34,158 nucleotides of DNA from Promethearchaeota archaeon (GTDB lineage Archaea > Asgardarchaeota > Lokiarchaeia > Sigyniarchaeales > SOKP01). The DNA lies in NCBI GenBank assembly GCA_008080735.1, contig SHMW01000045.1:1-34158 (forward strand). The letters run 5' to 3'. Shown piece by piece: positions 18,192 to 26,719 of the stretch. Both the position numbers and the translations under genes were made by a program. Numbering within the stretch: the stretch's first letter is position 1; every line of letters begins with the position of its first letter. The notes beneath the pieces were generated by a model. That model was not told the origin of the DNA. It saw nothing but the letters and a program-made list of their open reading frames with translations, and made no database searches.

Positions 18192-18746
18192 TCAGTTTTC
18201 AGTAAGCAGATATTGATGGCAAAAATCACACTCTTCGATGCAATTTTTATGATTAGTCGGATCATGGAGTTGTTGCTCTTCGAATCTCACGGGAATAGTG
18301 AAATCCTTCGCAATGTCTAATACAATTTCTACTTTTACTCTATTAGAATGCGGACTTTTCCGAAAATGGGTATTCACAATCGCATCTATATATTCTAGCT
18401 TAGTACTCACAATTAACAGCACGATGTTATAATCTCCGGATACTGAGAAGCAATTCAGAACAAATGGACAGCATTCAGCTAATTCAAATATTTTTTCTGG
18501 ATTTTTTGTCTGAATATTCACTCTCCCCATATAGAGTTCGACGCCCCTAAAATTTACTCCTGGTTGGATAAGAAACGCCCCAGATTTTAGGAGCTTCCTA
18601 AGCCTAATTCCTATTGTTGGTTGGCTCCTTCCAATGAGCCCAGCTATTTCATTGTGGGTCATATCTGGGTTTTCTTGTAAAAGTGTTATAATTTTTCTGT
18701 CGACTTCATCAAAATGTAATTTTTCACTTAGGGTCATTTTCACCAA
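18192..18746 (-). CDS. Lrp/AsnC family regulator with Cys tail (paralog 3)
   Basis: FDEVDRKII..SQPTIGIRL; CCPF, VSGDYN, HDP..CIEECDFC. Confidence 0.93.
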   Translation of the reverse strand: MVKMTLSEKLHFDEVDRKIITLLQENPDMTHNEIAGLIGRSQPTIGIRLRKLLKSGAFLIQPGVNFRGVELYMGRVNIQTKNPEKIFELAECCPFVLNCFSVSGDYNIVLLIVSTKLEYIDAIVNTHFRKSPHSNRVKVEIVLDIAKDFTIPVRFEEQQLHDPTNHKNCIEECDFCHQYLLTEN

Positions 18747-18773
18747 TATAATCTTAATTTAATAATCTTATTT

Positions 18774-18800
18774 GAGTATAATTATCTTAACTTATATAAA
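18774..18800 (-). promoter_or_regulatory. TATA box (18791..18800) plus 15-bp semi-palindromic Lrp-type site (18774..18788)
   Basis: GAGTATAATTATCTT is the exact reverse complement of 19504..19518 and occupies the same position relative to the TATA box. Confidence 0.65.
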
Positions 18801-18931
18801 TTTTATACATTTGGACATATATGCTATTATTGATACTCAAAAGGATTCCCATATAGAAAGAAAAAAATTAGACATTGGAACAAAATCAATAGATTGTCAG
18901 TAAGCTATGCTGATTGAATACAATTTTCTCC

Positions 18932-19471
18932 CTATATTAAGGATTCCTGCGTACAAAAGGGACACTCCTTAATACATTGGTCGGGATTGATGGGATTATG
19001 TTCTTCTTGCTGCTTAAATTTGACGGGTAAGATCAAATCATTGGCAATATCAACCACGATATCCATCTCGACCTTCTTAATATCTTCATGTATGCGATAG
19101 TGATCATTTACTATTGAATCTATATACTTCAAGTCCGTACTTACGAGCAACATGAAAAGATTATAATCTCCGGAGATTAAAAAACAATTGAGCACATACG
19201 GACATAATTTTGAAACATTGAAAAATCTTTCAGGGCAATCAGCATCCATTCGGACTCTTGCCATATGAATATCAACCGCTTTGAAATTTATACCGGGTTG
19301 GATGCCAAACATGTTAGTTTTCAGTAATTTCCGCAGTCTAATTCCCACAGTTGGCTGCGAACGTTGAATAAGCTGTGCTATTTCATCATGTGTAAGCGCA
19401 GGATCCTTTTGAAGGAGTGTGATGATTTTTTTATCGATTTTATCGAATTTTGGTTTGCTATTTGAAACCAT
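18932..19471 (-). CDS. Lrp/AsnC family regulator with Cys tail (paralog 4)
   Basis: FDKIDKKII..SQPTVGIRL; CPY, ISGDYN, HNP..CIKECPFC. Confidence 0.93.
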   Translation of the reverse strand: MVSNSKPKFDKIDKKIITLLQKDPALTHDEIAQLIQRSQPTVGIRLRKLLKTNMFGIQPGINFKAVDIHMARVRMDADCPERFFNVSKLCPYVLNCFLISGDYNLFMLLVSTDLKYIDSIVNDHYRIHEDIKKVEMDIVVDIANDLILPVKFKQQEEHNPINPDQCIKECPFCTQESLI

Positions 19472-19503
19472 TATCCTTTGACATATCTGTTAAATTCTGA
19501 TAG

Positions 19504-19531
19504 AAGATAATTATACTCTCTCTTATATATA
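19504..19531 (-). promoter_or_regulatory. TATA box (19522..19531) plus 15-bp Lrp-type site (19504..19518)
   Basis: AAGATAATTATACTC, an inverted copy of 18774..18788. Confidence 0.65.
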
Positions 19532-19541
19532 GTTAACTTGA

Positions 19542-19571
19542 TTTTGGATTTTTCAATAGAAAAGTCCAAAA
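19542..19571. other. Inverted repeat (terminator or operator)
   Basis: TTTTGGATTTTT-6 nt-AAAAGTCCAAAA, 11/12 match, between the ferredoxin stop and the Lrp promoter. Confidence 0.45.
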
Positions 19572-19612
19572 ATATAATAATTAGAAATGAGTAAGCTTAG
19601 CTTTTAATCGAA

Positions 19613-19861
19613 TTAATCAATAGTAAGCGCCTTGAATTTACATTGTGTAGTGCAGATATGGCATTTTACGCAGAAGTCCTCTCGATCGGGTACGATGGTA
19701 CAGCGTGGAGAGCCCTCTTTATCAACAACCGTATAAATGTTTCTAAAACACGCCTTTTCGCATAAAAAATCCTTACAATAGGCGCATTTGCGTGTATCAA
19801 TATGATGGAATTTATAGCTTTCAATGCCATCTTTTTTCTCGGCTTCAATCATCATATTCAT
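19613..19861 (-). CDS. Small 2x[4Fe-4S] ferredoxin
   Basis: CAYCKDFLCEKAC and CVKCHICTTQC. Confidence 0.85.
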   Translation of the reverse strand: MNMMIEAEKKDGIESYKFHHIDTRKCAYCKDFLCEKACFRNIYTVVDKEGSPRCTIVPDREDFCVKCHICTTQCKFKALTID

Positions 19862-19969
19862 AGAAATCCCGACTACATATAGGTCTTTACTTTATATTCC
19901 ATAACACGAGCTTTTTTAATGTTATTCATTACTCCTATATTAGTGGAAAATGATTATTGAGACACCAGA

Positions 19970-20641
19970 TTGAAATGCATCATGAAAACTCTCTTATTTA
20001 AGCTAAAGGATCTCAAAAAGGGTAGATTTAAGAAACGGCATAATAGATTTGCAGGAGAACTTATCTATCAAGGAAAGGTGGACTCAGTCCATATTCATGA
20101 CCCTGGTCGCTTACAAGAGCTTTTACTCGAGGATGCGGAAGTCTTATTTACCGAATCAAGGGGCAAATTAACCTATTATCTCAAAGCGATTAAAAAAGAG
20201 GGGGAATGGATATTATTGGACTCAGCGCTACATTCAAAGATCGCAGAACAAGTTCTCAAGGTGATGCCCGAATTTTCACATGTTTCAGAAATAAGAAGAG
20301 AAGTTCCTTTAGGAAAAAGCAGAATTGATTTTGTTCTTGATGAAACCCCCTTAGAAGTGAAAGGAGTATCCTTAGTTAAAGATGGATTGGCTCTCTTTCC
20401 GGATGCTCCCACGAAGCGAGGCCGGAGGCATGTAAAAGAGATTATCGATCATGATGGCGTCTTAATGTTTTTAATTTTACGAAAAGCGGAGAAATTCGCT
20501 CCGAATGCAGAAACAGACCCCAAATTTGCCCAAGAACTTTCACGCGCGCGGAGAACGGGCATTTCAATCATCCCCGTCCAGATAGAATTTGACGGAGAAG
20601 GTATATATTATGGAGGAAAGATTAAGCTGGCAGAGTTTTAG
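19970..20641 (+). CDS. sfsA: SfsA DNA/RNA nuclease
   Basis: NRF, HIHDPGRLQELL, SRIDF, EVKGVSL and FPDAPTKRGRRH. The likely ATG start is 19982. Confidence 0.92.
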   Translation: MKCIMKTLLFKLKDLKKGRFKKRHNRFAGELIYQGKVDSVHIHDPGRLQELLLEDAEVLFTESRGKLTYYLKAIKKEGEWILLDSALHSKIAEQVLKVMPEFSHVSEIRREVPLGKSRIDFVLDETPLEVKGVSLVKDGLALFPDAPTKRGRRHVKEIIDHDGVLMFLILRKAEKFAPNAETDPKFAQELSRARRTGISIIPVQIEFDGEGIYYGGKIKLAEF

Positions 20642-20649
20642 GATCGGGC

Positions 20650-22092
20650 TTAGGAATCTTCCACTTGAATATCTAAATCCCTTAATCGTTCTCTGATTTT
20701 ATCGCTTAATTCATAGAGTTTTCGGTCGCGAAGTTCTTCTCTGGTATCTCTAATGATTTCTAACAGGTGTTTGATCAGCCTATCCTTCTCATCAATAGGA
20801 CCAGAGACGCCCATCTTCAACTTTTTATCCAAATCCGGAAAAATGCCAAAAATCGCGTCTAAATCTTCAATATATTCAAAGAATACGTCCTTAAACTTTT
20901 CCGTGATTGACGTGTTCTCTTCTAATATAATGCGGTTCAAGTCTTTAAAAAGCGTGAGAATCTCTGCGATGGATTCCGGAGTATTAAAATCCTCATCCAT
21001 AATCCCTATAATCTTCTCCCTCGAAGACTCGACTCTGATTATAAGTTCTTGAATTTCTGAGCTATCTGTATCTACTGTATTCAAATTATTAATCTTTCGA
21101 ATCGTGGTCAACATTTTTTTATAGTTTTTTTCTGCCTGTTGCATACTTTCCATCGTAAAGTTAACCGACTTGCGATAGTGGCTGGAGAGCAGAAAAAATC
21201 GAACCACCATCGGCTCGAATTTTTGGAGAATTTCCGAGACTAAAAAGAAATTACCCAGAGATTTGGACATCTTTTCATCATCAATTTTTACAAAGCCGTT
21301 ATGAAAGAAATAATTGGCAAATTTCTTCTCTCCCGTATAGGCGGTTGATTGCGCGATTTCGTTTTTATGGTGCGGTGATTTTAAATCAAGTCCACCACCG
21401 TGAATATCTATAACATCACCTAAGAATTTAATAGCCATACATGAACATTCGATATGCCATCCGGGGCGTCCCTTACCCCACGGACTTTCCCAATATGGTT
21501 CTCCTTCTTTCCATTTTTTCCATAAAACAAAATCTTTCGGATCGTACTTATCTCCGTATAGAGGTTCTTCATCCACTGGGATTTGATATTCTTCCTCATC
21601 TTCTTCGTCTTCTTTTTTCTCTATGTTTTGGAATAATGTATTATAACCATCATAGCTTTTCACGGCAAAATATACCGAGCCGTTGCTCTCATATGCAAAA
21701 CTTTTCTTGATGAGTGTATTTATCACCTCGATCATAAAATCTATTATCTCGGTTGCGCGAGGATTTTCATCATCTGGCTTCAAATTTAATGCGTCCATGA
21801 TCTCTTCATATTCTTCGATATATCGTTCACTTAGTTCTTCATAGTCAATTCCCTTTTCATTTGCGCGTTTGATAATTTTATCGTCGATATCAGTGTAATT
21901 CTTCACGACTTTCACATCAAATCCTTTGAACTCTAAATAGCGCCGGATTAGATCGAACGCCACCGCAGATTTAGCATGTCCAAGATGCGGACTATCATAT
22001 ACGGTTGGACCACAGACATACATTAAGACTTCATTAGGATTAATAGTCTTAAATTCTTCCATCTGAAACGTTAAGCTGTTATAGACTTTCAT
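20650..22092 (-). CDS. cysS: Cysteine--tRNA ligase
   Basis: YVCGPTVY, HLGH, GRPGWHIECS, DIHGGG and KMSKS. The MKVYNS start at 22092 is preferred over 22122. Confidence 0.97.
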   Translation of the reverse strand: MKVYNSLTFQMEEFKTINPNEVLMYVCGPTVYDSPHLGHAKSAVAFDLIRRYLEFKGFDVKVVKNYTDIDDKIIKRANEKGIDYEELSERYIEEYEEIMDALNLKPDDENPRATEIIDFMIEVINTLIKKSFAYESNGSVYFAVKSYDGYNTLFQNIEKKEDEEDEEEYQIPVDEEPLYGDKYDPKDFVLWKKWKEGEPYWESPWGKGRPGWHIECSCMAIKFLGDVIDIHGGGLDLKSPHHKNEIAQSTAYTGEKKFANYFFHNGFVKIDDEKMSKSLGNFFLVSEILQKFEPMVVRFFLLSSHYRKSVNFTMESMQQAEKNYKKMLTTIRKINNLNTVDTDSSEIQELIIRVESSREKIIGIMDEDFNTPESIAEILTLFKDLNRIILEENTSITEKFKDVFFEYIEDLDAIFGIFPDLDKKLKMGVSGPIDEKDRLIKHLLEIIRDTREELRDRKLYELSDKIRERLRDLDIQVEDS

Positions 22093-22190
22093 AATTTGCA
22101 TACACATCGCACTAATGGGCAAGTAACATATCAGAGTTTTTAAAACGCGAAATAATTTTTATTTTTTATGTTAATTTTTTATTATTTTTC

Positions 22191-22772
22191 TCACTTCTCG
22201 CAATATTTAACAAAAAGTTGGGGATATCTCGCATATCCATTAGGATCTAAACCTCCAAGCTTTTCTATTAATTTAGGCGGTAATGGATTTTTTCCGATTC
22301 TTAACATTTTTAATTTATGCTGGTTCTCCAAACCACTAATTGTTGAAATATTATTCTCATATAAATTTAGATTTTCTAAATTTACTAAATTCTTTAATCC
22401 TTTTATCTCATTAATCCAATTCGTTTCAAATGATAAAGTTTCAAGGTTAGTTAAATTCTCAAGTCCTTGGATTTCAGAGATTTCATTCTCAGACAAATAA
22501 AGTGTTTTTAGATTTTTCAAGGATACTAAATTTTCAATATTCCTAATTTTATTTCCATACAGGTTTAGCTTTTCCAAGCTAGTTAAATTTTCAATTCCAT
22601 TAATTTCGGTTATTTCATTATTAAATAGATATAATTCCTTCAAATCAGGAATATTTTTGAGGTTTTCAATCTCTTCGATGTTTTTTATACTCAGATTCCC
22701 TAAAATTAATTTATCTCCTTTTAAATGAAATCTTTTTTCATTCACTATAACAAATTGTCTTGATCTCATCAA
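22191..22772 (-). CDS. Leucine-rich repeat protein (SDS22-like)
   Basis: About six 22-aa LxxLxxLxLxxNxIxxIxGL repeats. Confidence 0.92.
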   Translation of the reverse strand: MMRSRQFVIVNEKRFHLKGDKLILGNLSIKNIEEIENLKNIPDLKELYLFNNEITEINGIENLTSLEKLNLYGNKIRNIENLVSLKNLKTLYLSENEISEIQGLENLTNLETLSFETNWINEIKGLKNLVNLENLNLYENNISTISGLENQHKLKMLRIGKNPLPPKLIEKLGGLDPNGYARYPQLFVKYCEK

Positions 22773-23087
22773 TTACACTTCCTTGTACTATTTTGCTTCA
22801 TTTTTAAGGTATATGTCTACTGGCTTTATAATTGTATTCTAATATTATATCTCTAATGATCTGAGTAATTAATGAATGTATCATAGGAAAAGAAGAGACA
22901 TGTTAATAAAGAATTGATCAATTACATTAATAAAGATCATATAATGAGAGGAAATTAAACTCTTTTGATGATTTAAATGTTTATCTTTATCCTAAATTTG
23001 ATAAAGTTATGGGTATTGTTTCAATTTCGTTAGATTTATATAATATTTTATCCCAATTATTATTAATTTAAAATATTGACATTTTAA

Positions 23088-24647
23088 ATGGGCGAAATTA
23101 TGAATAAAAAAACTATATTTCTTTTTTTCTTTTTGATAATCTCTTTTGGAAAAGTTGCATTTTATTTAATACCTCAAGCAGAAGAAACAACCTCCAAATT
23201 TAAAGAAAAGGACAATTTGACTTCTATGCAAACGGCTCAAAATACACTTGATAATATCAGAGTAATTTCCGATGATTCTTCTCTCTGGAATAATGAGGAT
23301 AGTAGATATAGTTCGATTGCAATTGACAGTTCTAATTCAATACATGTGGTCTGGCAAGATGAAACAATTGGATTATGGGGTGATGATATAGAAATTATGT
23401 ATTGTAATTATACGAGCGCAACTGGCTGGTCGAATGCCACTGTTATTTCTGATGATTCTTCGGGATGGAATGATGAAGATAGTAAATTCCCATCTATTGC
23501 GGTGGATAGCTCGGATAATTTGCATATCGTCTGGTATGATAACACAAATGGTATATGGGGAAATGATTATGAAATCATGTATTGTAATTATACGAGCGCA
23601 ACTGGCTGGTCAAATGCTACGGTAATCTCGGATGATTCTTCGGGATGGAATGATGGAAACGGCTATAATCCTGAAATCGCCATTGATAATTTGGATAATC
23701 TACATGTGGTTTGGCGTGATAGGACAGAAGGCTGGTGGGGTGGAGGAGCACTTGATGAAGAGATAATGTATTGCAATTATACGAGCGCAACTGGCTGGTC
23801 TAATGCTACATTAATTTCAGATGATTCTTCGAGTTGGAATAATGAAAATAGTCAAAATCCTTCCATAGATATTGATAGTCTAAACAATATACATGTGGTC
23901 TGGCATGATTATACAGATGGATGGTGGGGCAATGATGCTGAAATTATGTATTGCAATTACACAGCTGCAATTGGATGGTCCAATGTTACGATCATTTCAG
24001 ATGATTCTTCGAATTGGAACAATAAAAGTAGTTATTTTCCTTCAATAGCAATTGATAATGGAAATAATCTACATGTGGTCTGGAAAGATGATACAGAAGG
24101 CTATTGGGGTGGAGGAGCAAGTGATGAAGAAATAATGTATTGCAATTATACGAGCGCAACTGGCTGGTCAAATGCTATGGTAATCTCGGATGATTCATCA
24201 AATTGGAATAATGATTGGAGTTCTATCTCCACGATTGTAGTAGATAGTATGGATAACTTACATGTAGTCTGGCATGATAATACAGATGGTTGGTGGGGCA
24301 CTGATACGGAAATTATGTATTGTAAATATACATCCTCAACTGGCTGGTCGAATGCTACAATTATTTCGGATGATTCTTCGGGATGGAATGACGGAAATAG
24401 TTTACGACCAGCTATTGATATCGACAGCTCGGATAACATTCATTTTGTTTGGCATGATCACACAAATGGTACATGGGGTATAGACTATGAAATTATGTAT
24501 AAAGAACTTTCTCTTGAAGATGGAGGGCCTAATGGAAATGGTGGAGGAGAAATACTTGGCTTTCAATTGATGTCTCTCATCATATTATCAGTTGCCTCGA
24601 TATTAGGTTTAATCATCGTTTCATGGAAAAAAACCACCTTAAATTAA
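23088..24647 (+). CDS. Secreted, membrane-anchored 7-repeat beta-propeller-like protein
   Basis: Signal peptide; seven 60-63 aa repeats (ISDDSSxWN..IAID..HVVW.D..WG..EIMYCNYT..GWS); Gly linker, C-terminal TM and basic tail. Confidence 0.85.
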   Translation: MGEIMNKKTIFLFFFLIISFGKVAFYLIPQAEETTSKFKEKDNLTSMQTAQNTLDNIRVISDDSSLWNNEDSRYSSIAIDSSNSIHVVWQDETIGLWGDDIEIMYCNYTSATGWSNATVISDDSSGWNDEDSKFPSIAVDSSDNLHIVWYDNTNGIWGNDYEIMYCNYTSATGWSNATVISDDSSGWNDGNGYNPEIAIDNLDNLHVVWRDRTEGWWGGGALDEEIMYCNYTSATGWSNATLISDDSSSWNNENSQNPSIDIDSLNNIHVVWHDYTDGWWGNDAEIMYCNYTAAIGWSNVTIISDDSSNWNNKSSYFPSIAIDNGNNLHVVWKDDTEGYWGGGASDEEIMYCNYTSATGWSNAMVISDDSSNWNNDWSSISTIVVDSMDNLHVVWHDNTDGWWGTDTEIMYCKYTSSTGWSNATIISDDSSGWNDGNSLRPAIDIDSSDNIHFVWHDHTNGTWGIDYEIMYKELSLEDGGPNGNGGGEILGFQLMSLIILSVASILGLIIVSWKKTTLN

Positions 24648-24755
24648 ATTTTAAATAATCCTTCTTTTTTTTAGACGGATTTGCGCTGAATAACTGATAA
24701 AATTTTCTCTATTAGCAAATAATTTAAGCAAATCTTAATTAGAGATAAAAAAAGA

Positions 24756-24882
24756 AGCCAGCGATGGGAGTTCCATCAACGCTCGAGGCGAGAACCATTG
24801 TATTGAACCCATGATAAATGGCTCTGCAGGCCACCTCCTTTACGGTTAACCAGATAAGCCAATACCGCTCGGAAACGCTGGC
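24756..24882 (-). tRNA. tRNA-Cys(GCA) with D-loop and T-loop introns
   Basis: Acceptor GCCAGCG/CGCTGGC with U73; anticodon arm GTGGC-CTGCAGA-GCCAT (anticodon at 24825..24827); T stem ATGGG/CCCAT. Inserts at about 24840..24862 and 24770..24801. No encoded CCA. Confidence 0.92.
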
Positions 24883-25110
24883 TTGGAAAAGATAGTAAAT
24901 CTCAAATCTTCTAACTTACGTAGAACGAATGCAATAATAATTTGCCTCTCTTTCTATAAAAGTTTAATTCTTTTAGACTCAAACTAATCTTAAAAGGGTT
25001 TTGAATATTAAAAAGCTACTTTTGAAAATTATAAAAACCTTATATAGTATAAGCAAATCTCTTTAGTTATGCGAAAACAAATAATAATATAGTAATTTTG
25101 TGATGTTCCC

Positions 25111-25707
25111 ATGAACAAGTTTAAAGAATTAAAAACGAAATTAGACCTCAAATACTCTCCTGTAGGGTTTAAACTCATCTTTCAGCGTAATTATCGCAAG
25201 GAGATTGAAAGTAAATTTAATGAACCCGCAGAAAGACTGAGATTTTGTACGTATATAAAAAAAGCAGGAGAAGGGAAGGCTTTAAGACTAAGGGAGATTG
25301 ATTCTTCGTGCATCATTACCGAAAAGAAGTCCGATATCCCTCAATCGCCTCAACTGGAATTGAATATAGAATTAAATTTTAGAGGCTTAAAATATTTTTT
25401 GATGTTTCCTATGGATTCATATTCCAATGAAGATTATGATGGGTTCATCATGATTATCAACCCAGAAAAGGCCATGAAAGTAATAGAGGCATATACCGAG
25501 CTTTTTAATAAGCCCTTAAAGCTTATATGCGGTGTACGGTCGGGAGTCTGTAGTGAGATTACTGCATACGTGGCGAAGCGTGAGGATGTTAATTTTTCAT
25601 TCCTCTGTTCGGGATCGAGAAAATTTGCGGGATACGGTGAATGTGAACTGTTATGTGGGATTCCCGCGAAAATGGCGGATGAATTGATTGGCAAGCTGAT
25701 TGCCTAA
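25111..25707 (+). CDS. DUF169 family protein
   Basis: LxLKYSPVG, RFC, GVCSE, SFLCSGSRKFAG and ELLCGIP pattern. Confidence 0.78.
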   Translation: MNKFKELKTKLDLKYSPVGFKLIFQRNYRKEIESKFNEPAERLRFCTYIKKAGEGKALRLREIDSSCIITEKKSDIPQSPQLELNIELNFRGLKYFLMFPMDSYSNEDYDGFIMIINPEKAMKVIEAYTELFNKPLKLICGVRSGVCSEITAYVAKREDVNFSFLCSGSRKFAGYGECELLCGIPAKMADELIGKLIA

Positions 25708-25732
25708 GAAAAAGATTCTAATAATCTTTAGT

Positions 25733-26674
25733 TTATATTTCAAATAAATCAGTGGAGAGATATCGCGTGCCCGTATCCGCCAAGAGTACGACTAGGTTTT
25801 CTTGGCTCACAAAATCATCCGCAGCCTTGTTGAGGGTAGCCCACGCTGCGGCTCCCGAAGATATTCCAACAAAGATGCCCTCCAAGCGCGCTAACTGGCG
25901 TGTTGTCATCACAGCATCTTCGTAAGATACAGAGATAACCTCATTATAGATTTCCGTATTAAGAACTTCAGGGATAAATCCTGGGCCCATTCCTTCGATT
26001 TTATGGGGTCCTGGGGTACCTCCAGAAAGCACTGGAGACATCTCTGGCTCGACGGCATATACTTTCAATCTCGGTCCAACCCTATCCTTAAGTATCTCTC
26101 CTACACCTGTGATAGTTCCCCCTGTACCTACTGCTGCCACAAAACCATCCAACCTCCCCGCGAGATCATTAAAAATCTCTTTTGCGGTGGTTTTTCGATG
26201 AATCTCGGGATTAGAGGGATTTTTAAATTGATAAGGCATAAACATATTATCATTTTCTTTGGCAAATAATTCTGCTTCACGAATAGCTCCTTCCATTCCT
26301 TTCGCCGAGGATGTCAAGACTACTTCTGCTCCATAAGCGTTAAGAATCTTTTGTCGCTCTTCCGAAACATCTTCTGGCATCACGATCCTAAGAGCATACC
26401 CTTTCACCGCACACACCATAGCCAATCCAATGCCCGTATTTCCAGAGGTGGCTTCAATTATGATTGAATCTTTATTAATCTCTCCTTTCTCTTCTGCATC
26501 TTTAATCATCGCCAACGCGACTCGATCCTTTACACTTCCGCCCGGGTTGAACGATTCCACCTTGGCATATATATTCGGCTTTAGATGTTCCGCTATTTTA
26601 TTTAGCTTTACCAAAGGTGTGCTTCCAATCGTTTCAAGGATATTATTATAATATAAGTTTGACATAATAAACAC
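25733..26674 (-). CDS. cysK: Cysteine synthase A (O-acetylserine sulfhydrylase)
   Basis: NPGGSVKDR (PLP Lys), ATSGNTG, GTGGT, HKIEGMG and RYLST. Confidence 0.96.
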   Translation of the reverse strand: MFIMSNLYYNNILETIGSTPLVKLNKIAEHLKPNIYAKVESFNPGGSVKDRVALAMIKDAEEKGEINKDSIIIEATSGNTGIGLAMVCAVKGYALRIVMPEDVSEERQKILNAYGAEVVLTSSAKGMEGAIREAELFAKENDNMFMPYQFKNPSNPEIHRKTTAKEIFNDLAGRLDGFVAAVGTGGTITGVGEILKDRVGPRLKVYAVEPEMSPVLSGGTPGPHKIEGMGPGFIPEVLNTEIYNEVISVSYEDAVMTTRQLARLEGIFVGISSGAAAWATLNKAADDFVSQENLVVLLADTGTRYLSTDLFEI

Positions 26675-26719
26675 TCTTCTAATTTAAACAAAGAATTGTG
26701 AATTAAGAAATTATTTGAT

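Noticed and set aside
23250-24500. DNA repeats as a CRISPR array or DGR template/variable repeats
   Set aside because: They are in-frame coding repeats with a 180-189 bp period, differences are not adenine-specific, and no cas or reverse transcriptase gene is in the window.
22120-24760. Integrated element with att sites at tRNA-Cys
   Set aside because: No duplicated tRNA 3' end and no integrase seen.
24756-24882. tRNA-Sec or split tRNA
   Set aside because: The anticodon is GCA, the acceptor stem is 7 bp, the variable loop is short, and both halves are contiguous.
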